Origin: Kiritimatiellia bacterium
GTDB lineage: Bacteria > Verrucomicrobiota > Kiritimatiellia > RFP12 > UBA1067
Assembly (NCBI GenBank): GCA_050949565.1
Contig: JBMNFY010000020.1
Coordinates: 1 to 64,000, forward strand
Reading direction: 5' to 3'
Length of the DNA stretch: 64,000 bases
Numbering within the stretch: position 1 is the first letter of the stretch; each line of letters opens with the position of its first letter. Below the pieces are notes generated by a model, which searched no databases, was not told the origin of the DNA, and saw only the letters and a program-made list of their open reading frames with translations. Of this stretch, positions 1 to 9,921 are shown one piece after another. A program made the position numbers and the translations under genes.

Positions 1-1
1 C

Positions 2-391
2 TCGTATGGCGATTATATCGGGCATTGGTATCAACATTCCGAAACTGTTATTCCGTTACAGCCGAGTGAGCATCCTGAGAGCTTGCGTTCCAAATACTTT
101 GAGGTTGTCGAAGGGTTCGTCAGAGAGATACGTTCAAAAGATGCTCAAATATTTATTCTGCCTCCATGTCTTCAAGCGACGTCATACGACAATATGAGGT
201 TCTTGATTGTAATGGTCGAGAATGAGTATCGTAATCGCGGCTTGCCCCTTATCGCGTCGACGTCTCGGTATCGGATGGCTGATGAACTTTGTTCCGGCAC
301 TCCGTATCACCTGAACAAAAAAGGGGTTGACGAGCGGACTCGCATGTTGATTCGGGACTTGTCAAATGCTCCTTTCAAATCCGCGCTTTGA
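2..391 (+). CDS. Partial (5'-truncated) SGNH/DltD-like membrane-associated protein, C-terminal part
   Basis: Frame is open from base 2 (SYGDYIGHW...) to TGA at 391; C-terminal 'TPYHLNKKGVDERT' resembles the D/xxHLNxxG block V of SGNH-fold proteins found in polysaccharide acylation loci. Confidence 0.45.
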   Translation, partial: SYGDYIGHWYQHSETVIPLQPSEHPESLRSKYFEVVEGFVREIRSKDAQIFILPPCLQATSYDNMRFLIVMVENEYRNRGLPLIASTSRYRMADELCSGTPYHLNKKGVDERTRMLIRDLSNAPFKSAL

Positions 392-572
392 CTTTACCAT
401 CATATCCAAGTGCGCGGCGCGTGAAGCACTGCGTTCGCTTCCGAGGCTGGACATGGACGAGTATGTGGCTTTTCTTTCCGAATCCATGATCCATGCCGAT
501 CCGGCCAAGGCTGCAAAGCAGAAAGCGCTTGAGGAGCGCATTACCGCCCCGTTTCGACTCCGGCCTGAATAA
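366..572 (+). CDS. Small hypothetical protein or gene remnant (possible ATG at 453)
   Basis: ORF track only; no motif recognised. Confidence 0.2.
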   Translation: MLLSNPRFDFTIISKCAAREALRSLPRLDMDEYVAFLSESMIHADPAKAAKQKALEERITAPFRLRPE

Positions 573-588
573 GTGAGGCTCGAAGCAC

Positions 589-675
589 TACTTCTTACTT
601 ATTACATCTTACCTATTACCTGCCCAAAGACTCGCCACTATCTTTTCTCACACGAAGGCACAAAGGCCACGGAGG
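589..675 (+). repeat. Intergenic micro-repeats: degenerate TACTTCT/TACCTAT heptamers, then a CACGAAGGCACAAAGG-type motif
   Basis: tacttct-tacttat-tacatct-tacctat-tacctgc at 589-623; tcacacgaaggcacaaaggccacggag at 648-674, similar to motifs at 36637 and 59587. Confidence 0.6.
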
Positions 676-715
676 TTTTTGGAACTGTCGCACGAAAGAG
701 AAACAGGCTTTATTT

Positions 716-2137
716 ATGCAAGGCATCGGTCAAAAATTGATAGCATCTTTGTTGACGCAAGACGGACCTTCCGGGGGCGTTGAAGATGTTTTAGCATGGA
801 TTCGTCGGCGGAATGAAGAGGTTTCGGTCAAAGTTACGCCGGTGCCTTTCCGCGACTTAAAAGAGTGGTCGTTCCATCCGCTGACAGGTAATTTGTGTCA
901 CAAAACGGGTAAATTCTTCTCAATCGAGGGGATACGGGTTGTTGTCGATGATGGGGCGCGGCGTGAGTGGGAGCAGCCGATCATCAATCAGCCGGAAGTC
1001 GGTTTTTTGGGGATACTGACAAAAATTATAGACGGTACGCTCTGCTTTTTGATACAGGCGAAAATTGAGCCGGGAAATTTAAATTATGTGCAACTATCGC
1101 CGACATTGCAGGCAACGCGTAGTAATTACACACAAGTTCATCAAGGTCGCAAACCGCTCTATCTTGAGTTTTTTCACAACGCACAATCTTCGACGATCCT
1201 GTTAGATCAGTTGCAGTCTGAGCAGGGCAGTCGTTTTTTGCGTAAACGTAACCGTAATATAGTGCTCCTTACTGATGAAGATGTGGCGGTCAATGAAGAT
1301 TATAGGTGGCTGACACTGGGGCAGATCAAAGCACTCATGAATTACGATAATGTCGTCAATATGGATACGCGAACGGTGATTTCCGGTCTCTCTTTCCGTC
1401 AATTTCTGGTTGCCTTGTCAGACACGGCTTATGATCGTTTTATGGATCTCCATGGAGTTGGGGCAGGGGGACTGGCGATGTTTGATTCAGAACTTACGCG
1501 TGTCGGCGTCAACACGATAGACGAAATCCTCCATTGGTTGTCCTCGTTGAAATCACGTTACGAACTGCTGGTTGACCGTATCCCGCTTCATGCAGTGGAC
1601 GAATGGCAGGTCACGCAAGACGAAATCGTGCGTCCGGATCGGCAGTATTTTCGGGTGTTGGGTGCGGAAGTCTTCATCGAAAACCGCGAGGTTCGCTCGT
1701 GGGGTCAACCGCTCGTGGAGCCGATGCAAGAGGGGATTTGTGCGTTTATTATCAAGAAGATGTCGGGGGTCTTTCACTTTCTCGTGCAGGCCAAGATTGA
1801 ATGCGGGAATTTCGACGTCGTTGAAATGGCCCCAACGGTTCAATGTTTGACCGGTCGTTATCAGGGAGCCGGTTCCGTTCAACCGCCATTTTTGAACTAC
1901 GTTTTGAATGCATCGGGCGACCAGATTCTCTTCGACACAAAACAGTCGGAAGAGGGCGGCCGGTTTTACCGTGAACAGAACCGGAATCTTGTGGTCGAGG
2001 CGGGGGATGACTTTCCAGATCAGGTGCCTGAGAACTTCTGTTGGTTGACGTTAGGACAGCTTAAGGAGTTTCTCCGCTTTAACAACTATTTAAACATTCA
2101 GGCGCGAAGTCTGATTGCCGCGCTAAAGTTCGACTAA
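716..2137 (+). CDS. NDP-hexose 2,3-dehydratase (EvaA/SpnO/OleV family)
   Basis: Two duplicated halves with 'QPIINQPEVGFLG', 'QAKIEPGN', 'LSPTLQATRSNY', 'QSEQGSRFLRKRNRN' and 'QSEEGGRFYREQNR'. Confidence 0.93.
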   Translation: MQGIGQKLIASLLTQDGPSGGVEDVLAWIRRRNEEVSVKVTPVPFRDLKEWSFHPLTGNLCHKTGKFFSIEGIRVVVDDGARREWEQPIINQPEVGFLGILTKIIDGTLCFLIQAKIEPGNLNYVQLSPTLQATRSNYTQVHQGRKPLYLEFFHNAQSSTILLDQLQSEQGSRFLRKRNRNIVLLTDEDVAVNEDYRWLTLGQIKALMNYDNVVNMDTRTVISGLSFRQFLVALSDTAYDRFMDLHGVGAGGLAMFDSELTRVGVNTIDEILHWLSSLKSRYELLVDRIPLHAVDEWQVTQDEIVRPDRQYFRVLGAEVFIENREVRSWGQPLVEPMQEGICAFIIKKMSGVFHFLVQAKIECGNFDVVEMAPTVQCLTGRYQGAGSVQPPFLNYVLNASGDQILFDTKQSEEGGRFYREQNRNLVVEAGDDFPDQVPENFCWLTLGQLKEFLRFNNYLNIQARSLIAALKFD

Positions 2138-2172
2138 AACGCCATCCCCGCATGGACACTTAACGTAGAAAA

Positions 2173-3198
2173 ATGGATATGGACAAGCATATTACCGGCA
2201 TGTTGCGGGTGGGTGTTATGGGATGTGCAAAATTTGCAATTCGTTCCTTGATCCCCGAATTACACCGGCATCCAGCTTTTCAATTGGTCGCTTTGGCCAG
2301 TCGCGATAGAAAAAAAGCCGAAGCGGTAGCCAAAGATTACGGATGCCTGGCTTGCACGTACGATGAACTGCTTGACCGAAATGGAATTGATGTGGTCTAT
2401 GTGCCGTTGCCTACAGGGTTGCATGCGGAATGGGTTCAAAAATGCCTTCACGCGGATAAACATGTCTTGTGCGAAAAGTCGTTGGGGGTTTGTCTGTCGG
2501 ATGTCCAACACATGGTGCAAACGGCACGTAAGCGGTCCCTGTTGCTGATGGAAAATTTTCAGTTCCGCTTCCATTCTCAGCATGTAACCGCGAAGGCGCT
2601 TTTGGCTGATGGAGTGCTTGGGGAAATCCGCTGTTTCCGGTCTTCTTTTGGTTTCCCGCCTTTTGCTGACGGGGCGGCCAATATTCGATATAAGCCGGAA
2701 CTTGGCGGTGGGGCTTTGTTGGATGCTGGGGCCTACACGTTGAAGGCGACGACGTTCATGTTGGGCAAAGGATTCGAGGTCAGAGCCGCGTCTTTACAAG
2801 ATTCGGCCGCATACGGGGTCGATGTGGGTGGCGCAATCTTTTTGGAGAATGCGTCTGGGCTCGTTTCGGAGACCGCATTCGGATTCGATCATTTTTATCA
2901 GTGCAACTACGAGGTCTGGGGAAGCAAGGGTAAGTTGACTGTCAAACGCGCTTTTACGGCGCCGCCGGGTTTTCAACCTGAAATGGTCGTTGAGACACCC
3001 GGTAGGAGTGAGAGCCGTATCCTGCCGGCCGACAATCATTTTGCGAACATGCTCTCACATTTTGCTATGGCGACTAGGGATGTGAAGATGCGCGAGGCGG
3101 AATATGGGGAATGCTTGGAACAGGCGCGATTGATTGAAAACGTCCGGATCTGTGCGCGGAGAGAGAACAAACACTTATTGGAGGATACTAGACAGTGA
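2173..3198 (+). CDS. Gfo/Idh/MocA oxidoreductase, probable NDP-hexose 3-ketoreductase (SpnN/KijD10-like)
   Basis: GVMGCAKFA Rossmann motif, 'VYVPLPTGLHAEW', 'KHVLCEKSL', 'LGGGALLDAGAY'; adjacent to the 2,3-dehydratase. Confidence 0.88.
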   Translation: MDMDKHITGMLRVGVMGCAKFAIRSLIPELHRHPAFQLVALASRDRKKAEAVAKDYGCLACTYDELLDRNGIDVVYVPLPTGLHAEWVQKCLHADKHVLCEKSLGVCLSDVQHMVQTARKRSLLLMENFQFRFHSQHVTAKALLADGVLGEIRCFRSSFGFPPFADGAANIRYKPELGGGALLDAGAYTLKATTFMLGKGFEVRAASLQDSAAYGVDVGGAIFLENASGLVSETAFGFDHFYQCNYEVWGSKGKLTVKRAFTAPPGFQPEMVVETPGRSESRILPADNHFANMLSHFAMATRDVKMREAEYGECLEQARLIENVRICARRENKHLLEDTRQ

Positions 3199-4286
3199 AA
3201 CAACCGATCTATGTGACTCGTCCCACTTTGGCACCGCTGTCGGACGTGACGGCATTGTTGGAGCAAGTGTGGGAGTCAGGAGTGATGACGCACAATGGCC
3301 CCCTCGTTCAGCGTTTTGAACGGGAGTGTATTGAACACTTGGGCTTGAACCGCATGGTGGCTGTCACAAACGGGACGATCGCGATCCAAATGGCGATTCG
3401 TGCTCTCGAACTGGAGGGCGAGATCATTACGTCGCCCTTTACCTTCGTGGCGACGATCAATGCGATTCTTTGGGAGCGCTGCACACCTGTGTTTGTAGAC
3501 ATTGATCCCGAGACTTTAAATATCGATCCCCAAAAAATCCCGGCTGCGATTACGTCCAAAACGGTAGCGATTATGCCGATTCATGTCTTTGGGAACCCAT
3601 GCGAAGTAGACAAGATACAGGCGATTGCGGACGCGCACGGGCTGAAGGTGATCTATGACGCGGCTCACGCAGTTGGTGTCGATTACGGCGGGCAGCCCTT
3701 ACTGAATTATGGCGACATATCGGCAACCAGTTTCCACGCCACAAAGATGCTCAACACGGCGGAGGGAGGTGGTTGTGTTGCTAAGACCGAAGAACTCCAC
3801 GAACGCCTGAAGGAGATCCGTTTCTTTGGATACAACGACCGTAAAGAGATCGTGCGGAACGGCTTCAACGGGAAGATGACAGAGGTCCATGCGGCAGTTG
3901 GCATTGCCAATTTAAAATATCTGCCGCAGGCATTGGCGGACCGCAAGAAAAAGTACATGCTCTATCGGTTAGCGCTTGAATCATGTCCTGGCGTTGCTTT
4001 CCAAAAAATCAACAAATCGTGTAACTACAGTTATTTCCCGGTTATTCTGCCCTCTGAAGCCATGCTGTTAAAGGTTGAACACGCTCTTCGGAATCAGAAT
4101 ATTTTTTCGCGGCGATATTTCTACCCATCGGTCAATCGTTACACTGAACTTGTGCCGTACAATCCGATACCGGTTTCTGAGGATATCGCTATGCGTATTT
4201 TGTGCCTTCCCCTTTATTATGCGCTACCGGAAGGGGATATTGAACGAATCTGTTGTTTTGTGCGCGAGTGTGTTCAGCATGGGTGA
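3195..4286 (+). CDS. DegT/DnrJ/EryC1/StrS PLP aminotransferase, VioA-like sugar 4-aminotransferase
   Basis: 'IYDAAHA', 'SFHATK' PLP lysine, 'GFNGKMTE', 'RRYFYP', N-terminal 'IYVTRP' typical of VioA. Confidence 0.9.
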   Translation: MKQPIYVTRPTLAPLSDVTALLEQVWESGVMTHNGPLVQRFERECIEHLGLNRMVAVTNGTIAIQMAIRALELEGEIITSPFTFVATINAILWERCTPVFVDIDPETLNIDPQKIPAAITSKTVAIMPIHVFGNPCEVDKIQAIADAHGLKVIYDAAHAVGVDYGGQPLLNYGDISATSFHATKMLNTAEGGGCVAKTEELHERLKEIRFFGYNDRKEIVRNGFNGKMTEVHAAVGIANLKYLPQALADRKKKYMLYRLALESCPGVAFQKINKSCNYSYFPVILPSEAMLLKVEHALRNQNIFSRRYFYPSVNRYTELVPYNPIPVSEDIAMRILCLPLYYALPEGDIERICCFVRECVQHG

Positions 4287-4955
4287 TTGTCAGTGAAGCT
4301 CAATTCTGCCATGGTTGCGCGCGATGTGATAATCTTCGGTGCAGGTGGACATGCGTTGGTTGTGGCAGATGCTGTCCGGGCCTGTGGTGGCACTGTAGTG
4401 GGGCATGTCGATACGGTTTCACCTGAACGAAAAGGTCAATTGTTAAATGGCGTGCCGATTATTGGCGATCTTGACGAGTTGCTCGCAGAGGTTGCAGGGT
4501 CAGGTGCCGGTGTCGCTTTCGGGTTCGGTGACTGCGCGGCGCGGTATGCGCTGATGCGCCAGTTGTCCGAATACAACATCGAACTTCTGACGATCATTCA
4601 TCCCGCAGCAATTGTATCGCGGTTTGCTGAGATAGGACGGGGAGGATATGTCGGCCCGCAGGCAGTCGTGGAGGCGCAGGTACGGATTGGTGAGGGTGCA
4701 ATCATCAATTGTGGTGCGTGCATCTGCCACGAGTGCCGTGTCGGGAATGCGGTTACGGTCTGCCCGGGGGTAATGATCGGCGGGAAGACACGAATCGGCG
4801 ACAGGACATGGCTTGGAATCGGCGCAACACTCATCGATAAGGTGTCCGTCGGCACTGGGTGTGTTGTCGGTGCTGGCGCTGTTGTTGTTTCAGATTTGCC
4901 TGACCGTGTCTTGGCGGTCGGCGTGCCTGCTCGCATCATACGCAAACTTGACTGA
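4287..4955 (+). CDS. Sugar acetyltransferase, NeuD/PglD family (left-handed beta-helix)
   Basis: 'IIFGAGGHA' N-terminal motif, hexapeptide repeats, 'VGVPAR' end; start uncertain (TTG 4287, GTG 4293 or ATG 4311). Confidence 0.88.
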   Translation: MSVKLNSAMVARDVIIFGAGGHALVVADAVRACGGTVVGHVDTVSPERKGQLLNGVPIIGDLDELLAEVAGSGAGVAFGFGDCAARYALMRQLSEYNIELLTIIHPAAIVSRFAEIGRGGYVGPQAVVEAQVRIGEGAIINCGACICHECRVGNAVTVCPGVMIGGKTRIGDRTWLGIGATLIDKVSVGTGCVVGAGAVVVSDLPDRVLAVGVPARIIRKLD

Positions 4956-5011
4956 GATCGGACGTGTTGGCGACTGGCTGTGCGTTTCTATGGAAGAAAT
5001 GGGAGTCCAGA

Positions 5012-5983
5012 GTGAATAACATAGACTACTCCATTGTTATCCCCGTTTATTTTAACGAGGGCAGTTTGCGTGGACTCGTAGCATCAATCCGGGACGAGGC
5101 ACTTGGAAAGTTGTCTGACCGTCGCGGTGAAATCATTTTTGTGGACGACGGTTCTGGTGATGCTTCATATGCCGTTCTGCAGGCATTGCAGCATGAGCAC
5201 TCTGAGTTTGTTAGGGTCGTCAAACTGAGCCGTAACTTCGGTCAAGTCAATGCGATTTGGTGCGGGTTGTCGCTTGCCCCGAAAGTCGCTGTGGTCATGG
5301 CGGCGGATGGTCAGGACGATCCGCGCTATGCGCTGACCATGCTGCAGGCCCACTTTGCAGGCGAGGCCGAGATCATAATCGGGACGCGTAGTGAGCGTGA
5401 GGACTCACTTTACCGCAGACTCACGTCGAAACTTTTTTATCGTCTAATGCGTGTGTTGAGCTTTCCTGAAATGCCATTGGGCGGATTCGATTTTTTTCTG
5501 CTTGGAGATCGGGCGCGACGCGCTCTGCTAGCCTGCTATCAGCACCATGGTTTTCTTCAAGGACAGATTCTGCAACTCGGTTTTCAAAAAACATTTTTAC
5601 CCTACCATCGACAAACCCGAACACATGGTCGTTCACGCTGGTCGTTTGCGCGTAAATTGACCTATCTGGTTGATGGCGTCCTTGGTTATTCTTATTTGCC
5701 GATCAGGATCATGTCGGGGACTGGTGCCCTCTGTGCCGTTTTTGGCTTTATCTACGCTTGCATCGTGTTGTTCGCTCGATTAGTCTTCGGCAACCCGATT
5801 AAGGGATGGGCACCGCTCATGATCACGGTTCTGGTCATCGGTGGATTACAAATGCTAATGCTTGGCGTGATAGGCGAGTACCTGTGGCGTGTCTTTGCGC
5901 AGGTTCGCGGCGTCCAGCCCTACATTGTGGAAAACATCCTCGAAGGCTTCGGAACGAGGGAGCATGACTCTGCTGAACCTTAA
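5012..5983 (+). CDS. GT2 polyprenyl-phosphate glycosyltransferase (GtrB/ArnC-like)
   Basis: 'SIVIPVYFNE', 'FVDDGSGD', 'LSRNFG', 'ADGQD', two C-terminal TM helices with 'GVIGEYL'; GTG start at 5012 preferred. Confidence 0.9.
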   Translation: MNNIDYSIVIPVYFNEGSLRGLVASIRDEALGKLSDRRGEIIFVDDGSGDASYAVLQALQHEHSEFVRVVKLSRNFGQVNAIWCGLSLAPKVAVVMAADGQDDPRYALTMLQAHFAGEAEIIIGTRSEREDSLYRRLTSKLFYRLMRVLSFPEMPLGGFDFFLLGDRARRALLACYQHHGFLQGQILQLGFQKTFLPYHRQTRTHGRSRWSFARKLTYLVDGVLGYSYLPIRIMSGTGALCAVFGFIYACIVLFARLVFGNPIKGWAPLMITVLVIGGLQMLMLGVIGEYLWRVFAQVRGVQPYIVENILEGFGTREHDSAEP

Positions 5984-7745
5984 TGTGAGAATGATTGCCG
6001 GCGCGCTATTGAGCCACGATGCCATCCGATTCTTGGGTGTCGGCGTTTGGAACGTGCTCTTTTCGACGGTCTGTTTTGCGGTGTTGCTGAAGTTCGTGTT
6101 TCACGGAACCCACTACATGTTGGTTCTGGTGGTGTCGACCATCCTGAGTGTGACCAATTCGTTTATTTGTCATCGTTGGTTTACTTTTCGCTCCGATGCT
6201 CCCATACTTAAGGCTTACCTGAAGTTTTACTTGGTCTATGGCGTTCAGATCGGTTTAACGTTCATACTTATGCCTGTCTGCGTGGAACTGCTGAAATGGC
6301 GACCGATTATGGCGCAGATCTCCGTGACGTTTTTCACGACGGTGATCACCTATTTTGGACACAAATACTTCTCTTTCCAATCTGATAGCTTTATGATGAG
6401 TCGCACCATGGTTAAAACTTCCGTGCTTCGTCGATGGCCGATGCTCTCGTTAGGGGCGATTCTTATTACAAGTTTCGCACTCGGATATTTGTTTTGCTTT
6501 GTCCGGCCGGTCTTTCTGAATCCGGCTCAGGAGATGGCGTTCCCGCGTTACATTTCGGCGATCAACCCGATCGGTGTCGATCTGCGCTTGGCATATGATT
6601 TTTCAAAATCTTGGATCATGGGAACGACACCCGAAATCCCGTCGCTTGTCTATCCCCCACTTGAACGCGTCCTGCGACTTCCCTTGCTGGTTTTTCCGTT
6701 TCGCGGTGCTTTTGTGATTCAGACCCTGATTACCTTAATCGCGTTTATGTCTGTCGTTCTGCTGTTGCCCAAGCGGTTTTCGAAATCGCCAGATTGGACG
6801 GCCCTGTCGGGTCTTTTTCTGGCTGGCCTTTTTTCGTACGGCATGCAGTTTGAGATTGAGCGCGGCCAATCCAATGTCATCGCCATGGCCTTGGTCGCGT
6901 GGGCGCTGGTATTGTTTCACTATGGTCGGGGGGCCTCCGCACGCCTGGCTGCCTACCTGCTCTTCTCCTGTGCCATTCAGTTGAAGTTGTACCCGGCAGT
7001 GTTTGTGCTGGGGTTCACGACAGACGCGCGAGACTGGCGCCGAAACATAGTGCGCTGGGGGGGGATAGGTGTCGCGAATGCGGCTGGTCTGTTTGCGCTC
7101 GGTTGGGATGCGTTCTGTGTTTTTTTGTCAACGCTGACGAAGCATTCCGGCGGCTATGTAAGCTTCGGTAACCATTCATTGCTGAGTTTCGCAAGTGTCG
7201 TACAGAAACTGGCCGACGGGTATAAGCCTCGATATTATCATCTTGAAGAGGTTGCTGCGGCGGGCGACTGCATTCGATCTGTTCTTCCGGAGGCATGGCT
7301 TCAGATTCTTGGCCCGACGGTTGGTTTAAGCTTCGCGCTGATTCTGCTGGGGTGTCTGACTGCGGTTCTGGCGATGGCGTATCGCCGCAATGATCGCACG
7401 GCGTTTAAGTACGTAATGGTTATGTGCTCGTTCGTAGCGTTGCTGATCCCCGGCGTGAGCATGGACTACAAGCTGACGGTGTTAATCGTGGTGTTTGCCT
7501 TTTTCGTCAGCGAAAGCGAACCGATAGTACTAACTGGAAAACGAGGCATGTTGCGTGCCGGCCTTTTTTTCGCTGGGTGCCTGCTCGTGACGTTGACGCT
7601 GTTTCCACCGGAGTTCCGACCTTTCGTGCTCCGTTCTTCCACACCACTCCTGCTCTCAATAGCAGTGCTATTCACGGTTCTCATGGCACTGGAAAGGCGA
7701 AGTGCTTCAGGGAAAGAGGATTCTCCCGCAGATCTGCATGAATAA
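5964..7745 (+). CDS. Fusion of a GtrA-like flippase domain and a GT87/DUF2029 (GT-C) membrane glycosyltransferase
   Basis: N-terminal 4-TM 'IRFLGVGVWN...SFICHRWFTF...YFGHKYFSF' (GtrA); downstream 'GVDL', 'VYPP', 'ERGQSN', 'QLKLYP', 'GNHSL' (GT87). Confidence 0.8.
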   Translation: MTLLNLNVRMIAGALLSHDAIRFLGVGVWNVLFSTVCFAVLLKFVFHGTHYMLVLVVSTILSVTNSFICHRWFTFRSDAPILKAYLKFYLVYGVQIGLTFILMPVCVELLKWRPIMAQISVTFFTTVITYFGHKYFSFQSDSFMMSRTMVKTSVLRRWPMLSLGAILITSFALGYLFCFVRPVFLNPAQEMAFPRYISAINPIGVDLRLAYDFSKSWIMGTTPEIPSLVYPPLERVLRLPLLVFPFRGAFVIQTLITLIAFMSVVLLLPKRFSKSPDWTALSGLFLAGLFSYGMQFEIERGQSNVIAMALVAWALVLFHYGRGASARLAAYLLFSCAIQLKLYPAVFVLGFTTDARDWRRNIVRWGGIGVANAAGLFALGWDAFCVFLSTLTKHSGGYVSFGNHSLLSFASVVQKLADGYKPRYYHLEEVAAAGDCIRSVLPEAWLQILGPTVGLSFALILLGCLTAVLAMAYRRNDRTAFKYVMVMCSFVALLIPGVSMDYKLTVLIVVFAFFVSESEPIVLTGKRGMLRAGLFFAGCLLVTLTLFPPEFRPFVLRSSTPLLLSIAVLFTVLMALERRSASGKEDSPADLHE

Positions 7746-7792
7746 GAACGGCCCCGCTCTGTTAGCGGGAAGAATTTTCAAACGCGTTCCAA

Positions 7793-9160
7793 ATGCCATT
7801 GATTGCTTATCTTGAAAAAAATCCGTTGTTCCGTGACCATGTTCTGCCATTGATCGCGTCTCCGACGCGTCGTCGTTTGGCGAGCGGGGCGTTCTGGGGC
7901 GGAGTGGGGGGAGTTGTTTCACGTGGCACTGTGTTGGTTACATCATTTTTTCTGGCGCGGATCTTGGGACAAGCCCAGTTCGGTGAATACGGGATTGTGA
8001 ACAGCACGTCAGCGATGCTGAGTGCGGTTGCCGGGCTGGGGGTGGGGACCACGGCAACTAGATATGTGGCGCAACTGCGCAATACAGACAAGGAGCGGAC
8101 TGGGCGGATTATCAGCCTGTCGAGTATGATCACTTGGATCAGTGGCAGTCTTTACGGATTAGCTTTTGTGGTTTTAGCCCCTTGGTTGGCTGAAAAGACG
8201 TTGGCCGCTCCGCATCTGGCGCAGGTGCTCCGGATCAGTTCGATCAGTGTCGCGCTAGGGGTCATCAATGGCGCGCAACAGTGTTCGTTGGCTGGGTTTG
8301 AAGCGTTCCGGATATCAGCGCTGGTCAATATCGGGGGGAGTCTCTTTCAATCGGTCGCGGTCTGCTTAGGGGCTTGGCATGGCGGAGTAAAGGGAGCCGT
8401 TACGGGTATGGCTGCTAGCACATTGGTCATCGTGGTTATGACGCGCTGTGCCCTCCATGTGGAGATGCGGCGGTTCGGCGTTCGAAACTGGTGGCGTGAG
8501 GCGTGGGTTGAATGGCCCATATTAATCAGTTTCAGCCTGCCTGCCTTTTTGACAACGATCATTTCAGGACCTGTTTTTTGGGCCTGTAACGCTTTCTTGG
8601 CGAATCAGTCGAATGGCTACAATGAACTTGGGATTTTGAACGCGGCGAACCAATGGGGTGTGGCAGTAGCCTTTTTTCCAGGAGTGCTCATGACCGCCGT
8701 GCTACCTGTCCTGTCCGAGCAGGCCGGTGTCAGGGATGTTGATGGAAACGTTAGGATCGTAAAGAGGATGATGCGGGTGACAGCTTTGATCCTCATTCCG
8801 CTGGCTTTGGTTTTGTGCATGCTAAGCCCGTTGATCATGCGGGGATATGGAAAAACTTTTGCGCCAGGGTATACGACGCTCATCTTGAGCGTGGCAGCAG
8901 TTGTGCCTCAAGCCATCACGACTCCGTGTTGGTATGCTATGATGGCAAATGGTCGGATGTGGGCTTGCTTTATACTAAACTGTGGCTGGAGTGTCCTGCT
9001 GTTGACCGGCACTTTTCTGCTGGCACGTTATGGGGCAGTTGGTGTTGCGGGAGCAAGGCTGATCGCCTTCGTGATTCATGGATGTTGGATATATGCCTAT
9101 GTGAGGATTAGGTCGGGTGATATGAGGGTGGTTGACGCATGTGATGGTTATACGGAGTGA
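7793..9160 (+). CDS. wzx: Oligosaccharide flippase (Wzx)
   Basis: About 12 hydrophobic segments, 'LARILGQAQFGEYG', 'ISFSLP', 'LPVLS'. Confidence 0.85.
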   Translation: MPLIAYLEKNPLFRDHVLPLIASPTRRRLASGAFWGGVGGVVSRGTVLVTSFFLARILGQAQFGEYGIVNSTSAMLSAVAGLGVGTTATRYVAQLRNTDKERTGRIISLSSMITWISGSLYGLAFVVLAPWLAEKTLAAPHLAQVLRISSISVALGVINGAQQCSLAGFEAFRISALVNIGGSLFQSVAVCLGAWHGGVKGAVTGMAASTLVIVVMTRCALHVEMRRFGVRNWWREAWVEWPILISFSLPAFLTTIISGPVFWACNAFLANQSNGYNELGILNAANQWGVAVAFFPGVLMTAVLPVLSEQAGVRDVDGNVRIVKRMMRVTALILIPLALVLCMLSPLIMRGYGKTFAPGYTTLILSVAAVVPQAITTPCWYAMMANGRMWACFILNCGWSVLLLTGTFLLARYGAVGVAGARLIAFVIHGCWIYAYVRIRSGDMRVVDACDGYTE

Positions 9161-9894
9161 TAATGAAACAACTGATAAAAAAAGCCTTGAATGAGTTCTT
9201 CATGCGGACACTATCGTATCGGCTGATCCATGATCAGTTTGTTGCCAATTCGGACATGGACGTATGGGAAAGTCTGAAAGCGCGTGGTTTCTCGCCGCGG
9301 ATGTTGCTGGATGTAGGTGCGGCGATAGGAGGCTGGACATCGCAAATGGTCGAAATCTTCCCTGAATCTAAGTATCTTATGATAGATCCTCTTGAAGAAA
9401 ACGAAACGGCGTTGAAAACTGTCGTCCAAAGGCATTCCAATGTCCAGTACTGGCTCGGGGCTGTTGGTAACCAGACGGGAGAGTTGACGTTTCACGTACA
9501 TGGTGACCAGTCCAGCATGTTCAACAGTAACTGGGGGCGTGAAGGAACATTGAGGCGTGTGCCGATGCGGACACTGGACGATCTGGTCTCCGAAATACAC
9601 TGTGAGGGTGTGGATGGAATGAAGTTGGATGTTCAAGGGGCCGAAATAGAGGTTCTCAAGGGAGCAACCGAGGCATTGCGTCAATGTCGGGTTGCTCAGG
9701 TCGAGGTTTCTTTCCGAAAAGTTTACGAACAAGCACCGCTTGCTCACGAAATCATAGCGTTCTTTTCCAGTCAGAACTTTCGAATTTTTGATATTGCGTC
9801 GTTATATAAGCGGAAAGACCGTGCTCTTCTCCAAGCCGATCTGTTTTTTGTCAGAGACGACCGCTTGTTTGAGCCAGAAAAGTGGGCTTTGTGA
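9157..9894 (+). CDS. FkbM family methyltransferase
   Basis: 'LDVGAAIG', 'MRTLDD', 'MKLDVQGAEIEVLKG'. Confidence 0.9.
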   Translation: MIMKQLIKKALNEFFMRTLSYRLIHDQFVANSDMDVWESLKARGFSPRMLLDVGAAIGGWTSQMVEIFPESKYLMIDPLEENETALKTVVQRHSNVQYWLGAVGNQTGELTFHVHGDQSSMFNSNWGREGTLRRVPMRTLDDLVSEIHCEGVDGMKLDVQGAEIEVLKGATEALRQCRVAQVEVSFRKVYEQAPLAHEIIAFFSSQNFRIFDIASLYKRKDRALLQADLFFVRDDRLFEPEKWAL

Positions 9895-9921
9895 TTTGAA
9901 CACACATGGTAATTTGATCTC

